Source of the DNA: Cenarchaeum sp.
GTDB lineage: Archaea; Thermoproteota; Nitrososphaeria; Nitrososphaerales; Nitrosopumilaceae
DNA length: 64,000 nucleotides
Direction: 5' to 3'
Assembly: GCA_963692915.1 (NCBI GenBank)
Contig: OY843584.1
Coordinates: forward strand, 1,024,001 to 1,088,000
A program made the position numbers and the translations under genes. Positions 34,001-46,000 of this stretch are shown here, in pieces (within the stretch, counting starts at the first letter, position 1; each line of letters starts with the position of its first letter). The notes below the pieces were generated by a model. That model searched no databases, had not been told where the DNA came from, and saw only the letters and a list, made by a program, of their open reading frames with translations.

Positions 34001-37000
34001 GCGTTGGTCGCCGTGTCCGTGACTGCTGGATCGATGACTACCTTGTAGTCGGTATGCGTGTCGGTGGTGGCGAGCCTGATCGTGACCGTCGAGGTCTCAG
34101 AGTCCGAGGAGCCGGCCGTGTAGAGGACTCCGGCCGTGCCGTGTGTCGTGTCGAGCGCCAGCGCATCCGAGCGCGTCGTGGGCTCGGTGAACCCGCGCAC
34201 CTCAAAGTTGGCCCCCACTGCCGTCGACGCGAGAAGGCCCTCGCTGAACGTGAGCGTTATCTCGCGGTTTGTCTCAGCGTATGTCGCAGTTATCACGAGC
34301 GGCGCGACTTCGTCAGTCGCCGTGACGTGCGGGGAGGTTGTGGCCGGCACGTTGGCCGATGCGCCAGAGGCCGTTATCGTTCCCATCCCGTCATACTGCA
34401 CGATCGGCGTGACGCCTGTGCCCATGGTTGGGTAGACGAGCGTTATCGTGTTGGTAGGCGTGATCGACACGTCTCCCATGTCCAGCGTCGCCGACGGCGT
34501 CGAGGCGGCCGTGGTGTGGGAGCCGGCCCGCAGCGAGGTTGGCTGCACCGAGCCCAGCATCCAGTCCGAGACGCTCGTCTCGCCGAGGGCCAGTGTGCCG
34601 CTGAACGTGACTGTTGTCGTCTCGCGGCTCGTAGTCTGCGCAGACATCACAGTCGGCGTGGAGATCGTCCCTGCCGTTGCGGGCGCAGTGACCGTGAACG
34701 ACGCCGCCGCTGCCAGCTCGTTTGGCGTGCTAGAGTTGTCAGTCACCGATGTCGGAACCGCCAGCGTGTACCTCGTGTTGGCCACCGCATCGCTTGTCGT
34801 GACGTGGACCGTGTGTGATCCCGAGGACTCCATGTTTGCCGCAGACGTGACAGTGAGGGTTGTGGAGCCGCCCAGCTCCGTGACGGTCAGGCCGGACACG
34901 ACAGAGTCAGTGTCAAGGGGCTCGCTGACCGAGAGGACTATGGTCGAGAGGTTCCTGAACGCCGCCGAGGAGACCGTTGGCGCGGTGAGGTCGAGTATGG
35001 CGGTGACCGAGCGGCTCCCGGAGGCGACTGCGTTCATTGCCACGTCTGTGACTGCGGCGTCGATGGTGACTGCGTACATGGCAGACTGTGTAGGCGCGGT
35101 GTCCAGGGTAAGGGTCACGTGCGGGGTCGGCGCCGAGGAGGTCGGCGCGACATAGGCGGCGGTGAACGCCACGGCGTTGCTGTTGCTCACGAGATCAAAG
35201 TTCTCCGTCAAGACGGTGTTGCTGTCGAGTGCCTCGCTGAAGGGTATCCATATGCGGTAGACTGTCGGGTCAGTCGCGTCGCGCCTGAACTCTGTGCCGT
35301 CAATGACAGTCGGCGGCGTCTCGTCCCGTAATGAGCGCGTCGCGCTCGTATCCGTGGCCGCGAGGGGGTTGTTTGCGTCATCGAACAGGCCGAACGTGTT
35401 TGAGCCAACTGTCGTGCTGGGGAGCGTGACTGTGTGGGCCGTGTCGAGCGCCGAGTCCGAGGCCAGCGTGAGCGTGATTGTCGAGGTGGTGGCCTGCTCG
35501 GCATAGACGGCCGAGCCGGTGAGGGTCACGGTGCCGCTGGGGATCGTTGTGGGGTAGCTGGCAATGTCTGTCGGAACCTCCGCCAGGCTCACATCACCAG
35601 AGCGTTCTCCTGGCCCACGAGCCGTCATGTGTTCGCTGAACGTGATGGTGAGCTCGTCCGTATCGGTGAACATGGAGGACATGACCGTGGGGGCGGTCTT
35701 GTCGATGCGCACGCGGTATCCCGCGTTCGGCACAGCGACGCCGTCACCGTCAGTCGCCCCTGTCGTGAGATCCTCGTGCGTGAACGTCGCGGTGTTGCCT
35801 GCGACATCGCGCACCGTGAGCTCGAACGTGACGAGACCCTCCGGCGATCCAGCTCCGACACGGTGTGAATAGTTGTAATACCCGAGACCGGCGTCGACGG
35901 CGCGCTGACCCGTCACCTCAAAGGCCGTGTCGGGGAAGAACCTGATGTCGGCGGGCGCAACGGTGTCGCCGGCGCCACCGGTAATACTGTCACCCAAGAT
36001 GGGCCTGTTATCCACGTAGAGGGTCTCGGTGGGATCTATGCGCACCCACACGCCTTCAGTCGGATGACTGCTCAGGCCGGCCGGCGCAATTGGCACTCTT
36101 GGATCCAGACTGTTCTCCCTTGTTTGCATAGTCAGCGAGTCGCCGGCGTCGAGCGCCGGCGGCACGCCGTCAGCCGCCTCGGTGTCTCTCGTGTCGACCT
36201 CAGAGGTGCCCTCGGTGAGGAACCCGCCGGTCGGCGCGGTGCCGGGCTTTGCGTACGCGACTTGTGGCATTGCGCCAGTCGAGGAGATCGACTCGTGCGT
36301 GATGAGGAGCTGCGTGGCAGTCGAGGCGTCCGGTATGTCCGCAGTAGAGCCCACCGTGGCCGCAGTCGACGTCGCGGCGCCGCTGAGCGCAGTCGCCACG
36401 CTCGATATGGCCAGCTCCGTGTCCGCCGCGCCGGCAATGTCGTTCTCGGTGACAGTCCAGTCCCTCACGTCGAGCGCACCCGAGAGAGCGCCGCCGGTAA
36501 AGGTCACGAGCGTCGTCGTGAGGCTCGCAGTGGAGGCCGTGAAGGGGACCACCACGACGGGCGCCGTGTACGTCGCAGTGTCAGACTCGGTGGAGAGAAC
36601 CCTGTTTGCCGTCGGCATGACGCGGTCGTCGATCGTGTCGGCGACATTGACGGTGTATGGCCTGTCAAGCACAGCGTTTGAGCCCAGCTCTAGCGTGTAC
36701 GTCGCCGGAGCCGTAAAGTCCACGTTGTCCACGTCAAGGCTGCCTCCCGGGGCAGTCACGGTCCAGCCTGTCGTCGTTGACGAGACGTCAGTCACTTCCT
36801 CGCTAAACGTCACCGTTATCATGTCAGCGTCGGTGAACGTGGCCGACTCTATCGTCGGTGACGCCTTGTCGACCAGTGCCGTGGCAGTGGAGGGGACGCC
36901 TGGCGCTCCAAACGGCTGGCCATTCGAGTCGGTTAGCCCGCGACCACTCGCCGGCCTATAGGTGAAGGCCGAGGCGGTGAGGTCGGTGCCGCTGCCGTCA

Positions 37001-40000
37001 TCGAGGTCGGTGCTTGGGCGCGGCTCGGCGAACCTGACAAAGAGCTCGTCAGCCGGACCGAAACTGAAAACGCCATCCCTGGCGGTCCCACCGTCCGCAG
37101 TCGAGAGCGACATGACAGTCGAGCCTGTGAACTCCCAGTCCCCGTCTGCCGTAGTGCCGCTGACGTTCTCGCTGAACTCTATCCTTGCCGTGCTCGCAGA
37201 CGTGAGCTCGGCGCTAAACGTCGGCGGAGTCGTGTACGTCAAAGTTGGATCAGTTCCCCCATACGTGTTGCCGGCGCTGTCAGTAATCGTGTCTGGCAGA
37301 TGCACCGTGTATGTCCCCAGTTTGGTCAGGGTGATGGCGATATCGACAGAGGTGCCGGCAACAGGCGCCGTGTATGTGGACCTCACCATGTCTGGGTCTG
37401 TTATGTCAATCCCAGAACTAGATGACACCATACGCTCGCTGAATATTAATGTGAAGATGTTGTGGCCAACACTCGTGGACTCAATTGTCGGCGGTGTGCG
37501 GTCGATCGTCGGCGGTGGGCGGAATCCGAGGCTAGTGACCCCAATCTCACGCTCGTTACCCGTGTCGCTCGTGATCGTGGCCTCGAACGCGAACGCGCCG
37601 TCGGCCAGGTTAGAGTTGTCCGTCTTGGTCTCCACCGTGTACGTCGCGATCCACGTGAACGCGTTGGCACCCTCCATCATCTCCACACTAGCGGACTCGG
37701 CATGGTTCACAAAGACGATTGTCGGTGTTATACTGACTTCTTCGCTGAGCGTGAAGGTGACTACTATCTGGTCGCCTACGCGGGCATCGTCGTTGAACGA
37801 TCCCGTCCGTGGGGCATTATCGGCATCCAAGACCCTGTACATTGCTGTGCCAGTAGGCGCAGCCACGACCACCGTCTCTACCACGGTGTTGGCCGCAACA
37901 GGGGTGCCGTTGGTGTCCGTGACAGTCTGCGGTATGGCGATGCTCCACGTCCCGGCAGCATTGCCCTCTGTGCGCGTCACTGTGGCCGTGGCCTGGCCGT
38001 CAGTGTGGGTGAACGTCAGCGTTTCGGTCGTTGCGTCTGGTTGCGTGGCCACTAGTGTCCCCACGCCGTTTACCGGCTCGCTAAACGTTATCGTCAGCAC
38101 CCTGCCGGCAAAGGCCGCCATGGCAGTCGGTGGCACCCTGTCGTCCAGGGCCGTGGCTGCGACCTTGCCGGCGACCGTCTCAAACGCGTTGGCGGCCCTA
38201 TCGACTAGCGCGCTGCCGACGCTCGGCGTGTACGTGACGCCCGAGGCAGTCAGGCCGCCGAGGTCGGTGCCAGGGCGCGCGGCGGCGAGATTGAGGTAGA
38301 GCTCGTTGTCTGCGGCGAGGGTCGCCAGGATGTCGGCCCCGCCGTCCGTAAGCGAGATCGACGCGACAGTCGAGCCGGCGACTGCCCACTCGCCAAACGC
38401 CGTCGAGCCGTCGACGTTCTCGCTAAAGGTGATCTTTACCTTGCTAGGCGACGTGAGGCTTGCGCTGAACGTCGGCGCGTCAGAGTCGACCACGACGTTC
38501 GTGCCCGTCACGTCGGCCTGCGTGAGCGTCTCCTCGTTGCCTTCACTGTCGCGTATCGTCAGGGTAAACGCAAGTGGGCCGCTGTCATCCAAGTCGACTA
38601 TCTCGCGCACGTACGAGTACGCGTTGCCCGTCTCAGTGTCCACCGAGTCGGCGTCAGTCGACGTCCCAAAGAGCGCAATGTCGCCGACGGCCGTGACTAG
38701 CGGCTCGCTGGCCACGACGTTGACGCGAACGTCGTCGTCGATTCCGGCCGTGGTGACTGTCAGCGAGTCAGACGACGCGTCCTCGAGCCTCACGCTCGTA
38801 GTCACCGTCGCCGTCGGCGGCGCCTTGTCGGCCAGAGCCGTGGCCTGCAGGGCGGTGTTGGCCGTGCCGAGGTCGTTGTCCGCGTCGTCCTCTATCGCGC
38901 CCTGGGTCGGCGCCGTGTATGTGACGTCCGCCTCGGTCAGCCCGCCAAGGTCGGTGCCTGGGCGCGACGCGGCGAGAGTGAGGACGACCTCCGTGGCCGA
39001 GGACGGTGCTGTCGGCGCGACCGCCGTGACTGTCGAGCCGGCCACTGCCCACTCGCCAGGCGCCGTCGTGCCGTTGACGTTCTCGTCAAAGACGATCCTC
39101 ACGGAGCTCGCCGAGATCAGCTCGGCCTCAAACGTCGGCGGCGCGCCGTCGGCCGCCATGGTGTCGCGCGTGGCGACGTCCGAGGCGCCCTCGGTGAGGA
39201 ACCTGTCAGCCGGCGCGGTGCTGGGCTTTGTGTACGCGACTTGCGGCGTTGCGCCAGTCGAGGAGATCGACTCGTGCGTGATGAGGAGCTGCGTGGCAGT
39301 CGAGGCGTCCGGTATGTCCGCAGTAGAGCCCACCGTGGCCGCAGTCGACGTCGCGGCGCCGCTGAGCGCAGTCGCCACGCTCGATATGGCCAGCGCCACG
39401 TTGTCTGCCGCGTCGGCCGCGTCGTTCTCGGTGACCGTCCAGTCCCTCACGTCGAGCGTGCCCCCGAGCGCGAGGCCGCCGTTGAACGTGACGAGCGTCG
39501 TCGTGAGGCTCGCCGTGGCGGCCGTGAAGGGGACATACGTGTACGTCGCGCTCGTCGTGGCGCCGTCGTCTATCCCGTTGGCCGGCGTGGCGAGGTCGGC
39601 GATGTCGTCGGCCAGGTTGATCGTGTACATGCCAGGCGGGGCGGCCGCGAAGGTGAGCGTGTACTCGTCGCCTTCGTGGTCCACGTCGAGCACGGACAGG
39701 CCGTCCACAGACCATCCGGCTGATGAACTAAAGTCGGTTCCGCCGGTCACGTCCTCGCTGAACGTCACGATGATCTTGTTGGCGCCGTCAAACTCGGCTC
39801 TGAACGTCGGCGTCACCCTGTCGGCTATCGCCGTGGCCTGCAGGGCGGTGTTGGCCGTGCCGAGGTCGTTGCCCCTGTCGTCCTCTATTGCCCCCTGGGT
39901 CGGCGCCGTGTACGTGACGCCCGAGGCGGGCAGGCCGACAAGGTCGGTGCTTGGGCGCGGCGCGGCGAGCGCGATAAAGAGTTCCCTGGCATCGGCGAGC

Positions 40001-43000
40001 GTCACTGCGGTGGTCTCGTCCGCCCCGTCCTCTGTCAGCGAGAGCGACTCGGGGACCGAGCCGGCCACTGCCCACTCGCCAAACACCGTCGTGCCGTCGA
40101 CGTTCTCGTCAAAGACGATCCTCACTGTGCTAACCGACGTGAGCTCGGCACTAAAGGTCGGCACGTCAGAGTCGACTGCCACGTTCGTGCCCGCCATCAG
40201 GTCGGCCTGCGTGAGCGTCACCGTGTTGCCCGCATTGTCGCGTATCGTCAGGGTGAACATGAGATCGCCGTTGGCGTCCGAGGCGGCTATCGTGCGCACG
40301 TACGTGTACGCGTTGGACGCGCCGGCGGCCACCGAGGTGGCGGGAGTCGACGTCCCAAAGAGCGCAATGTCGCTGACTGCCGTGACGAGCGGCTCGTTTG
40401 CCGTCACGGTGACGCGAACGCCGTCTCCGATGCCGGCGATCGTGCCCGATGCCGCGTCGGTCAGCTCTCCGGCGAGCCTCACGGCCACAGTTACGGTCGC
40501 CGTCGGCGCCGTGACGTCGACTGTCACGCGTGCCGCTGCCGTGGCGTGCGTCACCGGCATGGCCACCTCGTTGCCGGCACTGTCGCGGAACGTGATGCTA
40601 AACTCGATCTCGCCGTCGGCGTCAGTCGCCTGTATTGTGCGCTCGTACGCGTTCCCGTAGAGTCCACCGTTGGCGTATACCCTGTCGGCGTCCACTGCGG
40701 TCGCGCCGGTTCGGCCAAAGAGCGCAATGTCGCCTGTATCCGCGACGATGAACTCGCTTGCCACAAGCGTAACGAGAAGCCTGTCGCCGATGCCGGCCAC
40801 GGTGCCCGATGGCTCGTCGGCAGTCGAGGCTCCAAACCTGACGCTCGTGGTGACTGACGTCGCCGTCGGGCGCGTGACGTCTATGGACGGCTGGTGCACA
40901 GTCAGCGTGCCCGAGTGGCCGCTCGTCGGCGTTATCGTGCCCGCAGTCGTCCCGTCAGTCACCCCTATCGTAAAGTCCAGCGATGTCGTCTCAGTCGTAC
41001 CTGTTGACACGGCGAGGTCATAGTGCCATGTCGTCGCGTCGCTGCCGCCCGTGTTCACCATGGACTGACCCGTGAGCCCGCCGATGTCTATTGTCGGCGT
41101 GCCGTTGGCGTCCTTGTCAAGCGTGACCGCGACGCGGATCGTGTCGTCAATGCCGGCAAAGCCCGCAGCGGTGCCCGTCTTTGCCGCAACCGTGGCCGGA
41201 TCGCCGTCGTGGACTGTGACTAGTATCGCAGTCGCCACGGGCGCCGTGCTGCGCGTGGCCACGACGCCGCCGGCGGCGTAGGGAAGGTATGCGGCGTTGG
41301 CGAGCCCTGTGCTCGGCGTGACAGTGTGAACCGCCGAGATGGCGTCACCGGCGAGGTTGAGCGTGACTGTCCTTTCGCCTGCAGTGTATTCGACGCCGGA
41401 CAGCGCGACAGTCTCGGCGATGCTGTCAGCGTCGCCGCCGTCAGGCGTCGTCACCGCAAAGTTGGCGCCCACGACTGTCGCAGGCGCGAGGGCGTCGCTG
41501 AACGTCAGGTCAATGACCCTCGGGCCGGTGATCGCAGCGGTGAACGTCGGCGCAGTCGTGTCATACGTTATGGTCACCGTGGCCGTGGCGACATAGTCGT
41601 TGCCGGCGAGGTCCTCTATGGCGCCTCCGCTGATCCCCAGCGTGTACTCTGTCCCGTCGTTGGCGGCCGTGAGGCTAGACGTCACGGGGATCGTTATCGT
41701 CCTGTCATCGACTGTCGCCGTGCCGAGGGTGACTGTCGGCGTGCCGGCCAGCGTGAACGTCAGCCCGTCTGGCAGCGTCGGCTCTATCGCCTCGCTAAAG
41801 AGCATCGTAACGCTCTGGCCGTCGGCGGCAAACCGTGCTTGGACCAGCGTCGGTGCCACATTGTCGTTTCGCACGCCTGTCAGCTCGGCGCTTTGGGCCA
41901 CTCTCACGCCGTTGGCGTCCTCTATGGCAGTCGACAGGTCCAGCGTGTAGGAGCCCTGTGCGGCGTTGGAGACCAGCGTGAACACCAGGCGCGAGTTGGC
42001 CACGCCACCGGGCGGGGTGGAGAGTGAGGGGCTGCCGTTGTCCACTATGGTCGTCTGCGTGCCCTCGAGCGTGGCCGTCAGCGTCTGGGTGGTCGGCGCC
42101 GCCATGGCCTCGCCAAAGTCAACCTCGACTGTGTTGGCCGACGTAAAGCGACCCGCATTCGCAACCGGCGTGACCCCGTCGTCTGCCGTACGCTCCAGTG
42201 GCGTGCTGACGGTGCCCATGACGAGGCCCACGCGGTCGGCCAGCGTTCCGGTACCCGACTCAGACGGCCTGGTGTACGAGACTGTCGGCTCGGCGCCCGT
42301 CGAGTCGAGCTCATCGTGGATGAGGGTCAGTTGTCTACCAAGATTCAGGGTGATCTCGGGCGACGAGGTGATGAGGCCGGCGTCCGTTAGGTCGAGAATT
42401 CCCGTGATGGGTTTCATCGAGCTCCCGTCAGAGATCGACCAGTCGCCCATGCGGGCGGTGCCCGTGACGTCCTCGGTGAACGTTACCCTCGTGTTCGTCA
42501 GGGAGCGCGTGAGGGCAGTAAAGTCCGGCGCCGTCGTGTCCGGCTCTGGCTGTACCGAGGTTCCGTCGGCCAGCGCGTTGTTGTTCGCGTCGACTATCGA
42601 GCCCATCCTGTCGGCGTGGTCAGCGCTAAACGTGAGCCTGATCGAAGTCTCACGAAGATTATCGAATGTGATGGTTGTTCGGCTGGATCTTCCCGGACTT
42701 GGCACCATCGTTGCCGTGTCCTCGTCCAGGTTGAGGGTATAGCCGATGGCCCGCGTATTGCTGCTGCTGTTAGGGGGTGAATACTCCCCAGGCGTGATCG
42801 CAAACGTGCCCTGAATAACTCTGCCACGGCTAATGCCGAAGCCGGTGAACGTCCAGTCCGCACCTGTCGGCTCGTCCTTGCCGTCGGCAAGCCTGACCGG
42901 CTCGGAGAAGCTCACGATGTAGGTGAGGTCAAACTCATCTTCGTTAGACCCCTCGGCGGTGAACGTCGGCGCGACGCCATCAGTGGCCTCGGTGTCGCGC

Positions 43001-46000
43001 GTGGCGACGGCAGATGTGCCCTCGGCGAGGAACCCGCCTGCCGGCTCGGTGCCGGGCTTTGTGTACGCGACTTGGGGCGTTGCGCCAGTCGAGGAGATCG
43101 GCTCGTGCGTGATGAGTAGCTGCGTGATGGCAGTGCTCGACAGGAGCGTCTGCGTGACTGCGTCACCGGCCCCCGTCGTGGTCTCGGGTGTCGCCTCGAC
43201 CGACGTCTGCCCCGCCTCGACCACAGTGGCCACGCTCGATATGGCCAGCTCCACGTTGTCCGCAGAATCGGTCGCGTCGTCCTCGGTGACAGTCCAGTCG
43301 CCCACGTTGAGCGTGCCCTCGAGCGCGTCGCCGTTAAACGTGACGAGCGTCGTCGTGAGGCTCGCAGTGGCGGCCATGAATGGGATAGACGGCGTGTACG
43401 TCGCGCTCGTCGTCGCGTCCACGGCGAGCTGGTTGCGTGCGTCATCGGTTATGTTGTCGGGGAGCGCCACTGTGTGGATCGTGTCCGTCGCCGCGGCCGA
43501 GGCCAGCGTGAGCGTGACTGTCGAGGTGGTGGCCTGCTCGGCATAGTCGGCCGTGCCGGTGAGGGGCACGGACTCGCCGCCGGTGAGCGTTACGGGGTAC
43601 CCGCCAATGTCTGTCGGAACCGCCTCTCCATAGCGCAATACAACAAGATCATCACCATCATCACTATCGACCGGTATAAACGCCGCCAGGTGCTCGCTGA
43701 ACGTGATGACGAGCTTGTTCGGCTCGGTGAACTCGGAGGTCCTGACCGTCGGGGCGATGCCGTCGGATACGGACACGGCCTCTAGCGCCATGTTGACGGT
43801 GCCCATGACGTTGGACGCAGAGTCGGCCAGCGTTCCTGCCTCCGACTCGGACGGCCTCGTGTACGAGACTTCCGGCGTTGCGCCAGTCGAGTCGAGATCC
43901 GCGTGGACTAGGTACAGCTCCGACTCGCCCGTGAGCCTGAGCGTGGGCGAGGCGGTGCCGGTGGGGGCGGAGACGACGCCGGTGGCATCCGTGCCGGAGA
44001 CCGACCAGTCAGTCGCGCGCGCCGTGCCCGTGACCGGCTCGTTGAACTCGATCAGCGTGAGCGTCAGGCTTTGCGTCCTGGCCGTGAACGTCGGCGCCGT
44101 AAAGTCGCCCACCGGCGTCGAGGCCCCATCGGCCAGCGCGTTGCCCTCGGCGTCGACGATCGAGCCGACCCTGTCGCCGTGCTGCGCGTCAAAGGTGATC
44201 ATGACCGTGGTGACGTCAACCCGGGAGAACTGGAGGAACCGGTTCACATCACGCGGCACCAGCGTCACCCTGCCGCCCGTGTCCAGGTCGATCGCGTAGC
44301 CAGAGGCCGGGCCACCCTCAACTGACGGCGTGTACTCCCCGCTCCAGGCAGGGAACGTCGTCGACGGGAACCGGAGTCCCGTACCGGAGAAGGTCCAGTC
44401 CGCAGGCTCCGGCGCGTCCTTGCCCGAGGCCAGCCTGACCGGCTCGGAGAAGGTCACGATGTGGGTGTAGTCTGTGCCGCCCCTCACCGGCCTCTCGGCG
44501 ATGAGCGTCGGCGGCGCCTTGTCGGCTATCGCCGTGGCCGCAACCTTGCCGCTGACTGCCACGAACGCGTTGCCCGCCGTGTCTGCCAGCGGGTCCGTGC
44601 CGCGGGGGGTGTACGTGAGGCCCGCTGTGGTCAGGCCGCCAAGGTCGGTGCTCGCGCGCGGCTCGGCGAGCGTGATGTAGAGCGTGTCTGTGGCAGTGGT
44701 GATCTCCAGGTCGCCCTCCACGGCCGCCCCGTCCTCTGCCAGCGAGAGCGACTCGGGGACAGAGCCGGCCACTTCCCACTCGCCAAACGCCGTCGTGCCC
44801 TCGACGTTCTCGCCAAAGGTGATCTTTACCGTGCTAGCCGACGTGAGCTCGGCCCTGAACGTCGGCGCAGTAGTGTCTGATGACGTGTACGCCACCGTCT
44901 CTGACACGGCCACAAGCGCGTTGCCGGCGAGGTCGAGGACCGTGGCAGGTATGCTTACTGCATAGTCCCCGTCCGTGTCGGCGTTAACGTCGACGCTGAT
45001 AGTCATGCCGCTCGCCGTTGCACCGTACGGCGTCAGGCTTCCGGACGGGGGCGTGACTGATATGTCGCCGGTGACCGTGACGGTCTCGCTGAACGTGAGG
45101 ACGATGTCATTGCCGTCAAACGCCGAGCTCACAAACGTCGGCGCGACGCGGTCGATCGTCGGCGGCGTCGTAGCCGACAGGGTCGTCTCGTCCACAGGGC
45201 GCGTCGAGCCCGAGGCAGCCGTCACCGTCGCGTCAAACGTGAACGCGCCCTCTATGGAGCCCGTAGTCTCGACGAGGTACGACGCGCGCCACTCGTTGAT
45301 CCCGGTGACTTGGGTCATCGGTACTGCGTCAGCAGTGGCAGTCTTGCCCACAAAGAGAACGCTAACCGAGCTCGCCGCGCCGTCAAGCGTGATCGAGAGC
45401 CTGATCGTGTCACCGGCGCGCGCGTGCGAGGCGTACGGCGAAGCCCTCTCGGTGGTCGTTGTGCCCTCAAAGACCGTGTACGCCACGGCAGTCGCCATCG
45501 GCGCGGCAGCCGGCGTGAACGTGTGCGACTCGTCTGCCGCCACGGGGTTGGCGGGATCGGCGGTGTCCGTTATCTCGTCGTCGACTCCCACCGTGTACTC
45601 CCTGCCGGCCGTGAACGCCGAGGCGAGGGCGAGGGCGTACACGGACGGTGATTCGCGCGTGACGGACGACACTTCTATGTTCGTGGGGGCACTGAAGTTG
45701 TCGTCTTCTGTGACAACCCACTCGTTGTCCGTGCCGTCGATGCCCACGACGTACGGGACGGAATCGTCGGACGGGTCGGAGCCCTCTGTGCTCGCCACGA
45801 ACATGACGGGCTCGGTGAACGTGACGTGCAGCGTGGTCGACGAGCGTATCGAGGTCGACATTATCTTCGGGGGCGCCGTGTCAGCGGCGGTGGCCTGGCC
45901 TGTCTGCAGCACCGTAGAGCCGTAGGTCACGTCCCCGTCAGTCGACGTGTATGTCACCTTTGGCGTCGAGGCCGTCGAGGCCAGGCCATCGTGCTTTAGG

